Shown here piece by piece: positions 61,842 to 64,000 of a stretch of 64,000 nt of DNA. Position 1 is the stretch's first letter, and each line of letters starts with the position of its first letter. The translations under genes were made by a program, and so were the position numbers. The stretch comes from Alphaproteobacteria bacterium. GTDB lineage: Bacteria > Pseudomonadota > Alphaproteobacteria > MPNO01 > UBA830. The notes below the pieces were generated by a model, which was given only the letters and a program-made list of their open reading frames with translations, had not been told where the DNA came from and ran no database searches. Location of the stretch: assembly GCA_965243135.1 (NCBI GenBank), contig OZ251539.1, forward strand, positions 3,232,001 to 3,296,000, given 5' to 3'.

Positions 61842-63169
61842 GATCTCTCCTCCTCGCCGGCCGACGTCAGATAGTCCCGCCATGCGTGCATCATGTGGCG
61901 CATGGGCATTTCGCTCATGCTCTTGGGCGCGGACCGCCGCGCGTCGCCTTCGACCACGTCCTGGCCGGCGTTGCGGTGAAAGCTCACCCAGTCGCCGCCT
62001 TTCGACGCGAGGCCGTGCTGGCATTTCCACCAGTTGAACAGGTCGTCGGCGTTCACCATCGTCGAGGGCGAATTCACGAGATAGTAGTAGGCCAGCGACC
62101 GGCGATAGATCGGCTCCGGCGCCCCCTTCAGCCGGAAGTGCCAGATTTCGGTCAACGTGCGATCCGGTCCGAGCGGCCGCACGGCGCGAAGCTGCTGCAA
62201 CAGCGGCTGGACCGACAGGCAGGGATAGATCAGGACGTGGTGCAGGTTGACGCCGAGGATTTCCTCGGCTCGCTCTTCGCCGTAGGCGTCGTACATCAGC
62301 TTGACGTAGGCGTTCGTGTCCGGATCGTCCGGGCGCAGGCCCATGTAGCCTTCGAGCATGCAGTGGCCCCGCGGATAGCCGACCGTGCCGAACTTGTCCC
62401 ACCCTTCGATGCCGAGACGCGCGAAGTCCGACAGGAACGAGTATTCGAGCGGCACGTCGCGGCCCTCCTGCCGCAGCTCCTGCTCGACGGTCCTGGCGGC
62501 GACGCCGGCGGATTCGTGCGTCGCGCCGGGATGCGAGGCGTCGAGTTGGTTCTCCAGGAAGATCTTCCAGTTGGATTGCTGGATCATGTGGAAGCAGTCG
62601 CCGACGACTTCGGTCTCTCCGTCCGGCGCCCGGTCGACCAGTTGGTCGAGAGCCGTCTTCGCCGGACCCAGATGGCTCTCGAGATCGGGGACGTCCTCGC
62701 TGACCGAGGCGAACCAGAACCCGCGGTAACTGGCGGATTTCGCCGGCTTCCGAACGTGAAACTCCGGATCGTCGGAGGAAAAGCCGGTTCCGTCGTAGCC
62801 GCCGACCGCCGGAACGCTCTCGATCTTGCCGTCGAGATGGAACATCCAGGCGTGATACGAGCAACGCAAGGCCTTGCCGGCGTTGCCCTTGCGCGCGGTG
62901 CACAACTGCGCGCCGCGGTGCGGGCACCGATTGTAAAGCACGTGCACCTGGCCGTCGCGGTCTCGCGTCATCATCATCGGCTGGCGTCCGACCCTGGCGA
63001 GGTAGTAATCGCCCGGGTTCTTCACCTGGCTTTCGTGCCCGACGTAGATCCAATTGCGCTCGAAGATGCGCTCCATCTCGAGGTCGAAAAGATCCGGATC
63101 CGTATACGCTTTCCGATGCGCCCGATCCGGCTGAACCAGATCGGCGATCTCTGCATTGGACCATGCCAT
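61838..63169 (-). CDS. Rieske ring-hydroxylating oxygenase alpha subunit (second system)
   Basis: Rieske 'CPHRG...CSYH'; 'ENQLDASHPGATH', 'DD'. Confidence 0.93.
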   Translation of the reverse strand: MAWSNAEIADLVQPDRAHRKAYTDPDLFDLEMERIFERNWIYVGHESQVKNPGDYYLARVGRQPMMMTRDRDGQVHVLYNRCPHRGAQLCTARKGNAGKALRCSYHAWMFHLDGKIESVPAVGGYDGTGFSSDDPEFHVRKPAKSASYRGFWFASVSEDVPDLESHLGPAKTALDQLVDRAPDGETEVVGDCFHMIQQSNWKIFLENQLDASHPGATHESAGVAARTVEQELRQEGRDVPLEYSFLSDFARLGIEGWDKFGTVGYPRGHCMLEGYMGLRPDDPDTNAYVKLMYDAYGEERAEEILGVNLHHVLIYPCLSVQPLLQQLRAVRPLGPDRTLTEIWHFRLKGAPEPIYRRSLAYYYLVNSPSTMVNADDLFNWWKCQHGLASKGGDWVSFHRNAGQDVVEGDARRSAPKSMSEMPMRHMMHAWRDYLTSAGEEERS

Positions 63170-63412
63170 TGCCTTGCCCCCATTCTCGACGAATTCGCTT
63201 CAAGTCTGACACATCTTGCGACAGAATCCAGAGATCCGAAAGGCGCGCCGCCGTTCCCGAGGCCGAATTCCGCCGCGCGGCCGCGCTCCGCGAAGGAACG
63301 GCGGCGCGAACGCCGCAGCTTGCGCCGGCCCGTCCGCATTCGCGCGCGGCGGTTGAACCGCCGGGGCCCTTGCGGTCTAATTCGCCGACAACGGAAATCG
63401 GGAGGAAAACCA

Positions 63413-64000
63413 ATGCGCCTCAGCCTCGCAGCCGGATGCGCGTTCGCCGCCGTCGTAGGCGCCGCCCACGCCGGGCAGATCACGATGAAAATCGGCCACC
63501 CCACCATCAAGGGCGCGTTCGACCAATGGGCGGACACGTTCAAGGCGGGCCTTTCGCAGCGGGTCGGCGACCGGATCAAGGTCGAGGTCTATCCCGGAAG
63601 CCAGCTCGGCGCGATTCCCAGCATGATCCAAGGCGTTCAGCTCGGCACCGTCGAAATGATCATGCTGCCGCCCGCGTTCCTGTCGGGCGTCGACCCGCGT
63701 TTTTCGGTGCTGGCCGCCCCCGGCATCTTCGGGGATCTGATGCACGGGTTCCGCACCGTCCACGATGCCGAGTTCAAGAAGGCGTTCTGGCCGATCGGCG
63801 ACGGCAAGGGCCTCAAGCTCGTCAGCATGACCTGCGAAGCGCCGACGGACTACGCCACGACGTCGCCGATCCGCCGGCTCGCGGATTTCCGCGGCAAGAA
63901 ACTCAGGGTGTTCGGCAGCAAGCTGGAAATCGAGGCCCTGCGCCGCCTCGGCGCGGCGGGCGTCCCGATGCCGTTGTCGGAAGTGGTCCCGGCGATCCAG
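63413..64000 (+). CDS. TRAP transporter substrate-binding protein (DctP family), runs off right edge
   Basis: Manual translation from ATG 63413 (RBS GGAGG): signal peptide, 'IKVEVYPGSQLG...MIQGVQLGTVEM', 'DFRGKKLRV', 'LGAAGVPMPLSEV'. Confidence 0.9.
   Translation, partial: MRLSLAAGCAFAAVVGAAHAGQITMKIGHPTIKGAFDQWADTFKAGLSQRVGDRIKVEVYPGSQLGAIPSMIQGVQLGTVEMIMLPPAFLSGVDPRFSVLAAPGIFGDLMHGFRTVHDAEFKKAFWPIGDGKGLKLVSMTCEAPTDYATTSPIRRLADFRGKKLRVFGSKLEIEALRRLGAAGVPMPLSEVVPAIQ

Overview
GC-rich alphaproteobacterial chromosome (Rhodospirillales-like by gene order; inference). Housekeeping blocks are rpoD'-dnaG-yqeY, carAB-greA-trxB, msrP, an EF-G paralog, an Asp aminotransferase, uvrB, folB, uvrC-pgsA-mobB-moeA-moaD-moaE, fhs and mscS. 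Accessory DNA interrupts them at three places. (1) An AT-richer two-gene insert at 11-14 kb. (2) A decaying island at about 29.6-41.4 kb: broken type I R-M hsdM/hsdR around intact Fic and DarG genes with only a darT stub, a broken 2-TM gene and its partner, UbiD plus a ligJ remnant, a 202-bp MITE, and a small RiPP-like module (NHLP/proteusin-type precursor, C39-peptidase-like remnant, two tandem 2OG-Fe(II) oxygenases). (3) An aromatic/haloaromatic catabolism region at 49.5-64 kb: two Rieske oxygenase pairs, an LLM monooxygenase, and a 4-chlorobenzoyl-CoA dehalogenase 19 nt upstream of a cytoplasmic reductive dehalogenase. The two best leads are the NHLP + twin-oxygenase module and the hydrolytic + reductive dehalogenase pair. 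No rRNA, tRNA or CRISPR array was seen. All family calls come from motif recognition by eye; no database search was run.
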